The notes below the pieces were generated by a model, which worked only from the letters and a program-made list of their open reading frames with translations, was not told where the DNA came from and did not search any database. A stretch of 64,000 nucleotides of DNA from an uncultured Pseudomonadales bacterium (GTDB lineage: Bacteria > Patescibacteriota > Microgenomatia > UBA1400 > PJMF01), in contig CAZWWE010000001.1 in NCBI GenBank assembly GCA_964637295.1, positions 252,312 through 316,311 on the forward strand, written 5' to 3'. Shown here one piece after another: positions 1 through 8,821 of this stretch; position 1 is the stretch's first letter, and the number at the start of each line of letters is the position of its first letter. A program made the position numbers and the translations under genes.

Positions 1-409
1 CGTGCACCGCTTGAATTGAAAGGGGCGATGAAGCCTCTTGGGATAGCGCCAGTTTGCTTAAGGTTTGTTCAAAAAGTTCACCGATGTCACCAAGTTTTTT
101 ATAGTTACCGGTAATTGTGCGTTCTAGTAAGCTTTGCTCTTCTAATAAATTTTGTGTTACTGCGCTGTGTTTAGCTTGCACATAAGCTAAAGTTTTTAAT
201 AGCGTTTTTTCTGACATTTGAAATTCCAGCGATAAGTAAGTTGGCACTAAACTACCCTGCATTAGGTAACTGGCTAATTTTAGTTCTTCTAAGGCATCGA
301 CTTGCTGGCTCAAATCTCTAAAAAGTGCAGCCAAAATTGCCGTAATTTCTAGGCGGGCAGTCACTTTTTCAATTTGTTGCAAATAAAAAGAGAAATCTTT
401 AAAAAGCAT
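1..409 (-). CDS. lig: ATP-dependent DNA ligase, N-terminal DNA-binding domain (partial, runs off window start; absent from ORF track)
   Basis: Manual translation from ATG at 409: MLFKDFSFYLQQIEKVTARLEITAILAALF...ASYLMQGSLVPTYLSLEFQMSEKTLLK...YKKLGDIGEL, resembling the N-terminus of archaeal/eukaryotic-type ATP-dependent ligases. Confidence 0.8.
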   Translation of the reverse strand, partial: MLFKDFSFYLQQIEKVTARLEITAILAALFRDLSQQVDALEELKLASYLMQGSLVPTYLSLEFQMSEKTLLKTLAYVQAKHSAVTQNLLEEQSLLERTITGNYKKLGDIGELFEQTLSKLALSQEASSPLSIQAVH

Positions 410-438
410 AAAAACATTCTAACAGCTTATTAAAAATA

Positions 439-1530
439 TTATTTTAACAAAGTGTAGCTGACTCCTTTTGTCACACCGTGTTTTTGCACTACATTTTTGG
501 CAATCAGATCTTTAAGATCGCGTAAAATCGTATCCACCGAAACATTGGGTAAAGCTTTTTGGGCGTCTTCAGAAGTCATTTGCCCTTGATTTTGCAGAAC
601 CTCCAAAAGAATGATTTGTCTTTCTGAAAGAGCAACTTGCTGACCAAGTTCACGCTGAATTTTAAGATCTTGAGAAAGTTTGAGTACTTTTTGTTTAACT
701 TTATCAATTTCCAAGGCTAAGCCATAAGCAAAATATTCCAACCAATAAGTCAAGTCTTTTTGATCATTCTGTTGTACGGATAACAAAGCCTGATAATAGG
801 CTTCTACGTCGCTATCAAAATATTCTTCTAAAGCAAAAAAGCGCTTGAAATCATAACCAGCACTATACAAAACTAAGGTCGCAAAAGCTCTTGCTACTCG
901 ACCGTTGCCTTCCACAAAAGGATGTACATAGACCAAATAATAATGAGCAATCGCGGCTCTAAAAATTGGGTGTAATTCTGTGGCTGCTTGACTATTGATC
1001 CAAATAAAAAAATCTTCGATTAAATATGGCACTTCCACTGCCACTGGAGGACGGAAAACCACTTGGCCATCGGCGGCACCACGCACAATCACTTGTTTAT
1101 CACGAAAAACCGCCACTTGTTCTTCTGGCAATAATTTTTGCATGGTTAATTTATGCAAAACTAACAAAGTATCTAAATTTAATTCTTCTTGGATTTTTTT
1201 CACAGGACGTTGATCGATCCAAGCAATTACATTGCGATAATTAATTACCTCTTGAATATCTCGGTCTCTAGCAATGATGCCAGTTTGATCGACAATCATT
1301 TGCGGATTACTAGTGTTTTTAAGTTGTACTACCTGACTAGCCTGATCAGCGCTTAATTCATTGCCTTCAATGCGAGTTCCGAAGTGCACTGTTCTTTGCA
1401 TGGCTTCATCGCGAAACTTAGCTTCCCAAGCGGGCACCAAAGCAGAATGATCTATTAAAGCCTTTGCAGATTCTACTGAGGCAACATAAGTTAATAAGTG
1501 ATTAGTGATCTGAAAATGTGGCTGATACAT
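439..1530 (-). CDS. Fic domain protein with C-terminal winged HTH
   Basis: Fic motif HPFVEGNGRVAR; N-terminal TRIEGN inhibitory-helix-like motif; C-terminal VSVDTILRDLKDL HTH. Confidence 0.9.
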   Translation of the reverse strand: MYQPHFQITNHLLTYVASVESAKALIDHSALVPAWEAKFRDEAMQRTVHFGTRIEGNELSADQASQVVQLKNTSNPQMIVDQTGIIARDRDIQEVINYRNVIAWIDQRPVKKIQEELNLDTLLVLHKLTMQKLLPEEQVAVFRDKQVIVRGAADGQVVFRPPVAVEVPYLIEDFFIWINSQAATELHPIFRAAIAHYYLVYVHPFVEGNGRVARAFATLVLYSAGYDFKRFFALEEYFDSDVEAYYQALLSVQQNDQKDLTYWLEYFAYGLALEIDKVKQKVLKLSQDLKIQRELGQQVALSERQIILLEVLQNQGQMTSEDAQKALPNVSVDTILRDLKDLIAKNVVQKHGVTKGVSYTLLK

Positions 1531-1638
1531 TTAGATTGATTCTAAACTAGTTTAAAGCTTTTGCATAGATTCTTGCAAAATTTACAATAAAAAGATAATT
1601 ACTAGGCTAAAATTAGAAAATCGGTTACAATCTAGTTA

Positions 1639-2457
1639 ATGAATAATCAATTAAGCCCCATCTTACTTAACGCTTTGAAAGAGGTTATATTGCCAGATTC
1701 AGCAAGTCATAAGGGACAAAATGGCAAGCTCTTAGTCATTGGTGGCAGCAATTTGTTTCATGCGGCCAGCAAGTGGAGCTTGGATATTGCCAGCAAAATT
1801 GTTGACATGGTGTTTTATGCTTCAACCCCAAGCAATAATCAGTTGATCAAAGAAGCAAAACAACATTTTTGGAACGGCATTGTTATTGAACGCAAACAAA
1901 TTGAAGCTTACATCAAAGAAGCTGATGGTATTTTGATTGGGCCCGGTATGGAGCGCAGTTTTTACACTCAAAGACTGGTCAATAATTTGCTCAAAAAATT
2001 TGGCGATAAAAAATGGGTTATTGATGCGGGAGCCCTGCAAATGATTGATGTTAAACTATTGACTCAAAAACACATCGTTACTCCCCATCATCAAGAAATG
2101 GCATTATTAACAACCAAAAGCAAGCTCTTTGATGAAGAAAGTTATCAAGCCAATTGTTATTGTTTGCTCAAGGGGCCAATTGATAAAATATATGTGCCAC
2201 AAAATGCACAGTTTTATCAAGTTGCTGGTGGCAATGCCGGCATGACCAAAGGAGGCACTGGCGATGTTTTGGCTGGACTTTTGGCAGCCTTATATTGTAA
2301 AAATTCTGCTCTCAATAGTTGCTTAATTGCTAGCTATATTAATAAAAAAGCCGGCGAAGAACTCTATCTTCAGCAAGGACCATTTTTTAATAGTAGCGAT
2401 TTGGTAGAAAAAATTCCCGAAGTATTATGGCTTAGTTTACAACACGATCAAATTTAG
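1639..2457 (+). CDS. nnrD: ADP/ATP-dependent NAD(P)H-hydrate dehydratase
   Basis: HKGQNGKLLVIGGS, IGPGM, VIDAGAL, TPHHQE, MTKGGTGDVLAG motifs of the YjeF-C/ribokinase-like family. Confidence 0.9.
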   Translation: MNNQLSPILLNALKEVILPDSASHKGQNGKLLVIGGSNLFHAASKWSLDIASKIVDMVFYASTPSNNQLIKEAKQHFWNGIVIERKQIEAYIKEADGILIGPGMERSFYTQRLVNNLLKKFGDKKWVIDAGALQMIDVKLLTQKHIVTPHHQEMALLTTKSKLFDEESYQANCYCLLKGPIDKIYVPQNAQFYQVAGGNAGMTKGGTGDVLAGLLAALYCKNSALNSCLIASYINKKAGEELYLQQGPFFNSSDLVEKIPEVLWLSLQHDQI

Positions 2458-3519
2458 GTCAGCTAAATTTTTTTTAAGATCTGCCAATACATCCGCATCG
2501 GCTGTAGTTAAAATCGTTTGATAATTAGATAATAAATTTAAAACCATCTCTTTGCTGTAAATGTCTAATTCAGATAAAATGTCGTCCAAAAGCAAAACTG
2601 GTTGATAACCAATCTTATCGGTTAAAAATTGCAATTCAGCAATTTTTAACCAAAGCACTCCCAATCTTTGTTGACCTCGAGAGCCATAGGCCAAAAGACT
2701 TAGATCATCAATGCCTTTTTCTGTTTGAGAAAATTTCAAAAGAAAATCATCTTTGTGAGGCCCAATCAATGAATGACCCAAAAAAATTTCCTTTTCTAAG
2801 TGTTCTGCCAGGAGTTTTTCAGAAATTAATGAAGGTAAATAAGCGATATTTAATTCAAATGGAAAAACCACTTCTCTAATAAAATCTATCAAGCTAGCGC
2901 GCTTAATTTGCAAAAATTCACCATATCTGACCAGATTGATATTCCAAAAATGTAAAGCTTCCCTACCTTCACTGCCTTCATTAACTTTTTGTAGCAAACG
3001 ATTGCGACGCTTCAGCGTTTGTTCATACTTTAACAAAGTAGCTGCATAGTCAGTAGAAACCATACTTAAAGCATTGTCGAGAAAGGCTCTTCTTCTCGAG
3101 GGAGAACCTTCAACCAAACGCAAGTCTTCTGGTCGAAAAACCACTGCTTTAAAAAAAGCTAAAAAATCTTTTTTTCTGCGTCGCACGTCGTTAATTGCAA
3201 ATAAACGATATTGAGTTCTTTTACCTTGAACTACTCCTCTGGTTAGCATGATTTCCAATTTCATTTCTTCGCTTTGATTTTTTAAAGAATCTTCCACATC
3301 AATTAATCCCTGTACTCTGCCTAGTTCGGTATCCAAGCGAATCATCTCTTCTACTTTTCCTGCCCGAAAACTATCGGCGCTGGCCAATAAATAGATGGCT
3401 TCAACAATCGAAGTTTTACCAATTCCATTGACTCCAAAAATTAAATTGGTTTTCTTAAAATTAAAACTTTGCAAAGCAAAGTTGCGAAAATTTTGTAAAG
3501 CTAAAGACTTGATTAACAT
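2437..3519 (-). CDS. recF: DNA replication and repair protein RecF
   Basis: LQNFRN, Walker A GVNGIGKT, GSPSRRRAFLD, GPHKDD, SRGQQR, LLLDDILSELD. Confidence 0.93.
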   Translation of the reverse strand: MLIKSLALQNFRNFALQSFNFKKTNLIFGVNGIGKTSIVEAIYLLASADSFRAGKVEEMIRLDTELGRVQGLIDVEDSLKNQSEEMKLEIMLTRGVVQGKRTQYRLFAINDVRRRKKDFLAFFKAVVFRPEDLRLVEGSPSRRRAFLDNALSMVSTDYAATLLKYEQTLKRRNRLLQKVNEGSEGREALHFWNINLVRYGEFLQIKRASLIDFIREVVFPFELNIAYLPSLISEKLLAEHLEKEIFLGHSLIGPHKDDFLLKFSQTEKGIDDLSLLAYGSRGQQRLGVLWLKIAELQFLTDKIGYQPVLLLDDILSELDIYSKEMVLNLLSNYQTILTTADADVLADLKKNLADLNLIVL

Positions 3520-3526
3520 AGATTAG

Positions 3527-3871
3527 TTAAGGCTGTTTGGCAAAAGCCCTGGTAAAGCGAAGCCAAAGATAAAAAAGGGCGATCTGCCAATAAAAACAAA
3601 AAACAATACCCGTCTGGTAAAAAAGCTTAAAAACTAAAAATTGCTGATACAAATTTATTATTAAATTGACTCGCAAAAGTATAAAAAAGCTCACAAAAAA
3701 AAGACTTGGATAAAAAATAAAAGGCAAAAGAATTTTGTTTTTAACTAAAATTTGCACACTGCGATAAGGATGTAATATCAGGCCCAATAATAATTGTCCT
3801 GCTGAATAAATTAAGGATTTAAAAATAATTAATAAAGAATTTAATAAATGTTTTTTAAACATGTTTAACAC
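3527..3871 (-). CDS. Small membrane protein, hypothetical
   Basis: 114-aa ORF with about 3 hydrophobic segments, tightly packed between the sigma-associated ORF and recF. Confidence 0.6.
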   Translation of the reverse strand: MLNMFKKHLLNSLLIIFKSLIYSAGQLLLGLILHPYRSVQILVKNKILLPFIFYPSLFFVSFFILLRVNLIINLYQQFLVFKLFYQTGIVFCFYWQIALFYLWLRFTRAFAKQP

Positions 3872-4071
3872 CAGCTATTTTTGATTAGGCCACAAAAAAT
3901 ATTGAGTAATATCACTGATAAAAAAGACAATAATAATAAGGATTGCCATAAATGAATGGCTACGAAATTTGCTAAATCACTTAAAAAATCTGGAACAAAT
4001 TTTTCTTGTCCCAAAAAACTTTGTTCTTTGGCAGTTTGCTTTAATGTTTTTAAAAAATTATGTTCAATCAT
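3865..4071 (-). CDS. Small membrane protein, possible anti-sigma factor
   Basis: 68 aa, C-terminal TM helix, overlaps the ECF sigma stop codon by 8 nt. Confidence 0.55.
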   Translation of the reverse strand: MIEHNFLKTLKQTAKEQSFLGQEKFVPDFLSDLANFVAIHLWQSLLLLSFLSVILLNIFCGLIKNSWC

Positions 4072-4630
4072 GGTTTAAATTTAGAGCGGCCCACAAATTC
4101 TTAAATTCTTGTCTAGCTCGAAAAAGATCTGCTTCAACTGCCTTGACGCTCTGGCCCATTTCTAGGGCAATTTCTTTGACTTTTTTACAATCAACGTATT
4201 TTTTTAAAAGTAGCTCGCGATTTTTATATACCATTTTTTTTAACACTACAGTAACTAATTCGGCAGACGAGGCAGCATCTTTGTAATTCGGCGCTAATAA
4301 AAAATCACTCAAAGGAATTGTTTGAATGAATTTTTTAGCATAACGTTTGCGATAGTGATCAGCAATTTCATGTCGCAAGACACTTTGCATCCAAGTTAAA
4401 AGTGATGATTTACCTTTAAATAAGTTAAGAGTTTGCAAACAATTAATAAAAGTTTCCTGAACTAATTCAGCAGCTTGCGCAGGATTGGCTACTTTACTTA
4501 AGGCAATTTTTTTTAATTGAAAGCGATATTTTTTAAACCAATACTCAACCGCTAATTCATCACCTGCTTTTAGGGCCTTGACGAGAACCTCTTCATTTTC
4601 AAAACCAATAAAACGAGTTAAAACTTGCAT
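4064..4630 (-). CDS. ECF-type RNA polymerase sigma-70 factor
   Basis: Region 2 (AAELVQETFI...FKGKSSLLTW...IADHYRKR) and region 4 (VKEIALEMGQSVKAVEADLFRAR). Confidence 0.9.
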   Translation of the reverse strand: MQVLTRFIGFENEEVLVKALKAGDELAVEYWFKKYRFQLKKIALSKVANPAQAAELVQETFINCLQTLNLFKGKSSLLTWMQSVLRHEIADHYRKRYAKKFIQTIPLSDFLLAPNYKDAASSAELVTVVLKKMVYKNRELLLKKYVDCKKVKEIALEMGQSVKAVEADLFRARQEFKNLWAALNLNHD

Positions 4631-4682
4631 TGAGCTTATTTTACACTAGATCAAAAATAAAATTGATTTATAATGAAATTTA

Positions 4683-5132
4683 ATGAAAAAGAAACTTTTC
4701 TTTTTGACTTTTAGTTTTTGGTTGTTTAGTCTGATTTTTAATTTTTTTACTCCCTCAATCGCTCAAGCCATCCAACTAGCCGACGTCGGCAATCCTGGCA
4801 GAGACGCTTCAGATTTGGTGCAAATGGAAAGCGTTTCTATTCCTTTGAGCAATAAACTGATTTTAAAAGATGGAACTCCTGTCAAAAATGTTTTTGATAG
4901 CACTGACGACATGCTAAATTTACTAGTCAAAGTTTTATTTGTCGGAGCTGGATTAGTTTTATTTTTGATGATTATCACTGCTGGCTTTGCCATGATCGCT
5001 GGTGATAGTAAAGATAAAGACAAGGCAAAAAACACCATAACAACTGCGGCGATTGGCTTTATCGTTATGTTTGCCGCCTATTGGATTATGCAAATTATTG
5101 AAATATTAATTGGCACCAACTTGAATTTTTAA
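4683..5132 (+). CDS. VirB2/TrbC-like pilin 1
   Basis: Signal peptide (AQA), two TM helices flanking AGDSKDKDKAKNTITTAAIG. Confidence 0.75.
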   Translation: MKKKLFFLTFSFWLFSLIFNFFTPSIAQAIQLADVGNPGRDASDLVQMESVSIPLSNKLILKDGTPVKNVFDSTDDMLNLLVKVLFVGAGLVLFLMIITAGFAMIAGDSKDKDKAKNTITTAAIGFIVMFAAYWIMQIIEILIGTNLNF

Positions 5133-5174
5133 TTAAAATCAACTAAGAAATGAATAACAAAAATAGTTTATAAT

Positions 5175-5633
5175 ATGAAACTACAAATGATTAAAAAAAG
5201 CTTAATTGCCGCCAGCCTGGTCTTAACACTTCTCTTGAATGCTCATCAGGTTAATGCTCAAACCAATAATTCTGGGAGTAGTGTTTTTGGCCCCATTGAA
5301 GCACCGGCGGGCGTGGCAGAGCTTAATAAACAGGCTGGTGTAAACAGCAACAACATTGGTTTATTAATTTTTGTTTCCAACATGATTAAATTGGCTTCAG
5401 TGGTAGCTGGCGTCTGGGTTTTATTTAATTTTATTAGTGCTGGTTTCACCTATATTACTTCAGCTGGCGACAGCAATGCTTATGCAAAAATTGGTGAAAA
5501 ACTGGCCCTTAGTGCCACTGGCTTAGTACTGATCGTGGCGGCTTATACCATCGCTGGCATCATCGGTCTGATTATTTTTGGCAATCCCACTTATATCCTT
5601 AATCCACAAATACCAAGTGCGATCGGAACATAA
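5175..5633 (+). CDS. VirB2/TrbC-like pilin 2
   Basis: Signal peptide (VNA), TM-YITSAGDS...-TM architecture. Confidence 0.75.
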   Translation: MKLQMIKKSLIAASLVLTLLLNAHQVNAQTNNSGSSVFGPIEAPAGVAELNKQAGVNSNNIGLLIFVSNMIKLASVVAGVWVLFNFISAGFTYITSAGDSNAYAKIGEKLALSATGLVLIVAAYTIAGIIGLIIFGNPTYILNPQIPSAIGT

Positions 5634-5636
5634 ATT

Positions 5637-5993
5637 ATGGCAGACATTGGCTCAATTCAACCAGTTACAGAAGCAAGAGCTCCTAAAAGTTTAGATGGAG
5701 CAGGCTTTATTGATTCTTTAGAACTTTACATCAGTGATATTGTGGGCACTATTACTGCATTGGCGGTTTTATTTTTTATTGTTTATTCTTTTTTAGCAGC
5801 TTATGAATGGGTAACTGCTGGCTCTGATAGTGGCAAAGTCGAAAAAGCCAAAAATCGTTTTATTTGGGGGACTTTGGGATTGATTTTAATTGTAGCCACC
5901 TATGCTATTTTGGGATTGATTGGCACTTTGGTGGGAATTTCCGTCCTTGAGCCAGGTGAGCTGATTAACAATATTGTTCCGAAAACAAAATAA
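5637..5993 (+). CDS. VirB2/TrbC-like pilin 3
   Basis: TM-EWVTAGSDSGKVEKAKNR-TM. Confidence 0.75.
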   Translation: MADIGSIQPVTEARAPKSLDGAGFIDSLELYISDIVGTITALAVLFFIVYSFLAAYEWVTAGSDSGKVEKAKNRFIWGTLGLILIVATYAILGLIGTLVGISVLEPGELINNIVPKTK

Positions 5994-6010
5994 GTTGAAT
6001 AAACCACATT

Positions 6011-6439
6011 ATGAAAACTATTAAAACTAAAATCTTGGCTTTCGTTTTAAGTAGCGGACTTTTTTTAAGCCTGGCTTCTTTGGCTCAAGCAGCCATTACC
6101 AATCCCGTAGTCGGCAATCTTGGCACCAATGAAGGCACGAAAGACGGCAGTAAATTTATTAATTACGTGGTTTACCTGTGGAAAGTGAGCATAAATTTAG
6201 GAGCCTTAGCAGTGATCGCCTATTTTATCTGGGGAGCTATAGAGTGGATCACTGCGGGAAGCGACAGTAAAAAAACTGAACAAGCCAGACAAAGAATGAC
6301 CAATGCAGTAATTGGTTTGGTTATCCTCGTCTCTTCTTTTACACTCTTAAGCTTTATTAGTAAAATCTTCTTTGGTGATAATTTTGATTTATTAAAATTA
6401 ACTCTTCCCACTCCTGTGGGCATCCAACCTTATGACTAA
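6011..6439 (+). CDS. VirB2/TrbC-like pilin 4
   Basis: Signal peptide (AQA), TM-EWITAGSDSKKTEQARQRMTNAVIG-TM. Confidence 0.78.
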   Translation: MKTIKTKILAFVLSSGLFLSLASLAQAAITNPVVGNLGTNEGTKDGSKFINYVVYLWKVSINLGALAVIAYFIWGAIEWITAGSDSKKTEQARQRMTNAVIGLVILVSSFTLLSFISKIFFGDNFDLLKLTLPTPVGIQPYD

Positions 6440-6770
6440 ACAACTTGCTCTTACTCTCGACATTGCCGGTGAAGCGCAAAGCCAAGACTTGCAAGGCTCA
6501 CAGTTTCATAACTCCAGCGATGGAGGCTTTGGCATTTGGCTCAGCAATATCATGACTGTCGCCATGACTTTGGCGGCTATTTTGGTTCTCTTTTTTATGG
6601 TTTGGGGAGCCATCGAGTGGATCACTTCCGGAGGTGACAAGGGTAAAATAGAAAGCGGACGCAACAAAATCAGCAACGCCGTGGTTGGCTTAATTGTTTT
6701 AGCAGCTACCACCGCCCTATTTTTAATCGTTGAAGAATTTTTAAACATCAATGTTTTGACTTTCAATTAA
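6432..6770 (+). CDS. VirB2/TrbC-like pilin 5
   Basis: TM-EWITSGGDKGKIESGRNKISNAVVG-TM. Confidence 0.78.
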   Translation: MTKQLALTLDIAGEAQSQDLQGSQFHNSSDGGFGIWLSNIMTVAMTLAAILVLFFMVWGAIEWITSGGDKGKIESGRNKISNAVVGLIVLAATTALFLIVEEFLNINVLTFN

Positions 6771-6789
6771 AAATTCATTAAACTTGATG

Positions 6790-6825
6790 TATAATAAGAT
6801 TTGGAATTTAGTAATTAAAAAGGAG
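6790..6825 (+). promoter_or_regulatory. -10 box and Shine-Dalgarno for pilin 6
   Basis: TATAAT 6790-6795; AAGGAG 6820-6825, 6 nt before ATG 6832. Confidence 0.55.
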
Positions 6826-6831
6826 CGATTT

Positions 6832-7236
6832 ATGAAATCAATTAAAAAATTTGCTTTGGCAACAGGCGCTGCTTTAAGTGGCGTTTTGAGCACCGTCTCG
6901 ATGGCTATGGCTGAAGTTAACATCGAACCTATTGACACTGGCAAAGGTTATGCCACTAATTTCGGCACTATGTTTAGTTCAATCTTGAACGTAGTTATGT
7001 TGATCGCCGCCATTTTGGTTTTTGCTTACATGATTTGGGGTGGCGTTGAGTGGATCACTTCAGGAGGTGACAAGGGTAAAGCCGAAAGTGCGCGCAACAA
7101 ATTAACTGCCGCCATTATTGGTCTCGTCATTATCGCTGCTTCCTACGCAGTGGTCACCCTGGTTGTTCAATTCTTAGGCTTTCAAGATTTTAATGACGTA
7201 TTTAATAATGTTGGAGACATCAATAATCCACGTTAA
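6832..7236 (+). CDS. VirB2/TrbC-like pilin 6 (candidate major pilin)
   Basis: Start moved to ATG 6832 behind an AAGGAG SD; signal peptide (AMA); TM-EWITSGGDKGKAESARNKLTAAIIG-TM; followed by a terminator. Confidence 0.8.
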   Translation: MKSIKKFALATGAALSGVLSTVSMAMAEVNIEPIDTGKGYATNFGTMFSSILNVVMLIAAILVFAYMIWGGVEWITSGGDKGKAESARNKLTAAIIGLVIIAASYAVVTLVVQFLGFQDFNDVFNNVGDINNPR

Positions 7237-7259
7237 GTTAAATCAATTATCAGTCATTG

Positions 7260-7291
7260 AAAAAACCCGCTTCACAAAAAGCGGGTTTTTT
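7260..7291 (+). terminator. Intrinsic (bidirectional-type) terminator after the pilin array
   Basis: AAAAAACCCGCTT-cacaaa-AAGCGGGTTTTTT perfect hairpin with A/T tracts. Confidence 0.85.
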
Positions 7292-7350
7292 GGTTCATCA
7301 TAGTTTTACTTTGCAGAAAAAAAATTATAAAGTTATAATAAATCTCAATC

Positions 7351-8118
7351 ATGCAAATTATTCCTGAGGCTCAAGCACAAACTCAACAATGGTCAACGAT
7401 TAATAGCGCTTGCGTCAGTCAAGACGGTGTGGCCACCATACAAGGAATTGGTTGTTTATTGGCCAACGTTTTTTCTGTCTTCCTAACAATTTTGGGCATT
7501 GTGGGTTTTATTATGATTATTTACGCAGCCTTCAACTTGATGATCATGGGTGGCAACAGCCAAGCAACAGAAAAATCCAAAAACACCATTACTTACGCCG
7601 TGATTGGCATTATCCTGGCTCTTTCAGCCTTTATCATTATTAATTTAATTGCTAGCTTTACTGGTTTGGAAATTATTAAAGACTTTGTCATTCCTGGTTC
7701 TGGAAAAGATTGGACTACAAATTCTTCTATACAGCAGCCTAGCCAAAATACAAATAATAGTCTCATACAAACAACTACTCCCAATCCCACCACAACGACT
7801 AAGCCAGAAAAAGTTTCTACAGAAAGTGATCCTTGTATAAACAATGGTGGGTACTGCACTCAAACAGTGACTTCTGGTTCAGACAAACTAAAATGTAGTG
7901 TTTATTGTTGTAATGGCTACCACTCAGAATCTGGAGGATTAAAAATATGCGGACCAGCTGGAGTTTCTGCTGATCCGGCAATTACGGTTTTATTTCCAAA
8001 TGGTACTCCATGTGCAATTACTATTACTTCTGGAAGCACTCTTCCCAAATGCACAAAGTATTGCCGCAACGGCTACCACCCCACCTCAACTGGCGCTTAC
8101 GAGTGCGGACCGAGCTAA
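7351..8118 (+). CDS. VirB2-like pilin 7 with Thr/Pro/Ser linker and two Cys-rich C-terminal repeats
   Basis: N-terminal TM-MGGNSQATEKSKNTITYAVIG-TM; linker QTTTPNPTTTTKP; two ~38-aa repeats NG..C..T.TSGS...KC..YC.NGYH....G...CGP. Confidence 0.72.
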   Translation: MQIIPEAQAQTQQWSTINSACVSQDGVATIQGIGCLLANVFSVFLTILGIVGFIMIIYAAFNLMIMGGNSQATEKSKNTITYAVIGIILALSAFIIINLIASFTGLEIIKDFVIPGSGKDWTTNSSIQQPSQNTNNSLIQTTTPNPTTTTKPEKVSTESDPCINNGGYCTQTVTSGSDKLKCSVYCCNGYHSESGGLKICGPAGVSADPAITVLFPNGTPCAITITSGSTLPKCTKYCRNGYHPTSTGAYECGPS

Positions 8119-8143
8119 TTTTATTGTTAGTAATTTTTAAAAA

Positions 8144-8821
8144 CTATTTGCCAAAGCGTCTTTGTCTCTGCGCGTAATCTAGTAGCGCTTTGTCGAATTC
8201 TCTGTCATCAAAATCCGGCATCAATACGTCGGTAAAATAAAGTTCACTATAAACTGATTGCCAAATTAAAAAGCCAGATAATCTTTTTTCGCCTCCAGGA
8301 CGAATTAGTAAGTCTGGATCTGGTAAATCAAGCATTCTTTTCGTATCTAGAAAATCTGCAAATTTTTCTCCTCCGGCTTTCACTGCGCGCGCAATTTCAT
8401 CTCTGCCTCCATAGTTTAGGGCAAAAGTAACAATTAATTGTTGATTATTCTTGGTTTCATTTACCCAGTGTTCAATACCTTCGCGCACATCATCTGGAAA
8501 TCGACTCAAATCACCAATACTCGCCACTCTCACTCCTTTATCGTGCAATTTTGCCGCACTCGTAGCAAAAGTTTCACGAAAAAGATCCATGATGCCGTCT
8601 AGTTCTTCTTTTGGTCTTTGCCAGTTTTCTGTGCTAAATGCCCAAAGAGTTAAATATTTGATGCCCTTGCTCAGGGCAAAATCCGCTAATTTTTCAATCG
8701 TTTCTTCAGCGACTTTGCGATGACCTTTGACCACAAAAAGACCTCGCTGGCGCGCCCAACGGCGATTGCCGTCCATAATAATTGCAACGTGTTGAGGAAT
8801 GTTTAAATTTGTTTTTGCCAT
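8144..8821 (-). CDS. uppS: Undecaprenyl/polyprenyl diphosphate synthase
   Basis: IPQHVAIIMDGNRRWA, FSTENWQR, LNYGGRDEI, PDLLIRPGGEKRLSGF, RRFGK. Confidence 0.95.
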   Translation of the reverse strand: MAKTNLNIPQHVAIIMDGNRRWARQRGLFVVKGHRKVAEETIEKLADFALSKGIKYLTLWAFSTENWQRPKEELDGIMDLFRETFATSAAKLHDKGVRVASIGDLSRFPDDVREGIEHWVNETKNNQQLIVTFALNYGGRDEIARAVKAGGEKFADFLDTKRMLDLPDPDLLIRPGGEKRLSGFLIWQSVYSELYFTDVLMPDFDDREFDKALLDYAQRQRRFGK

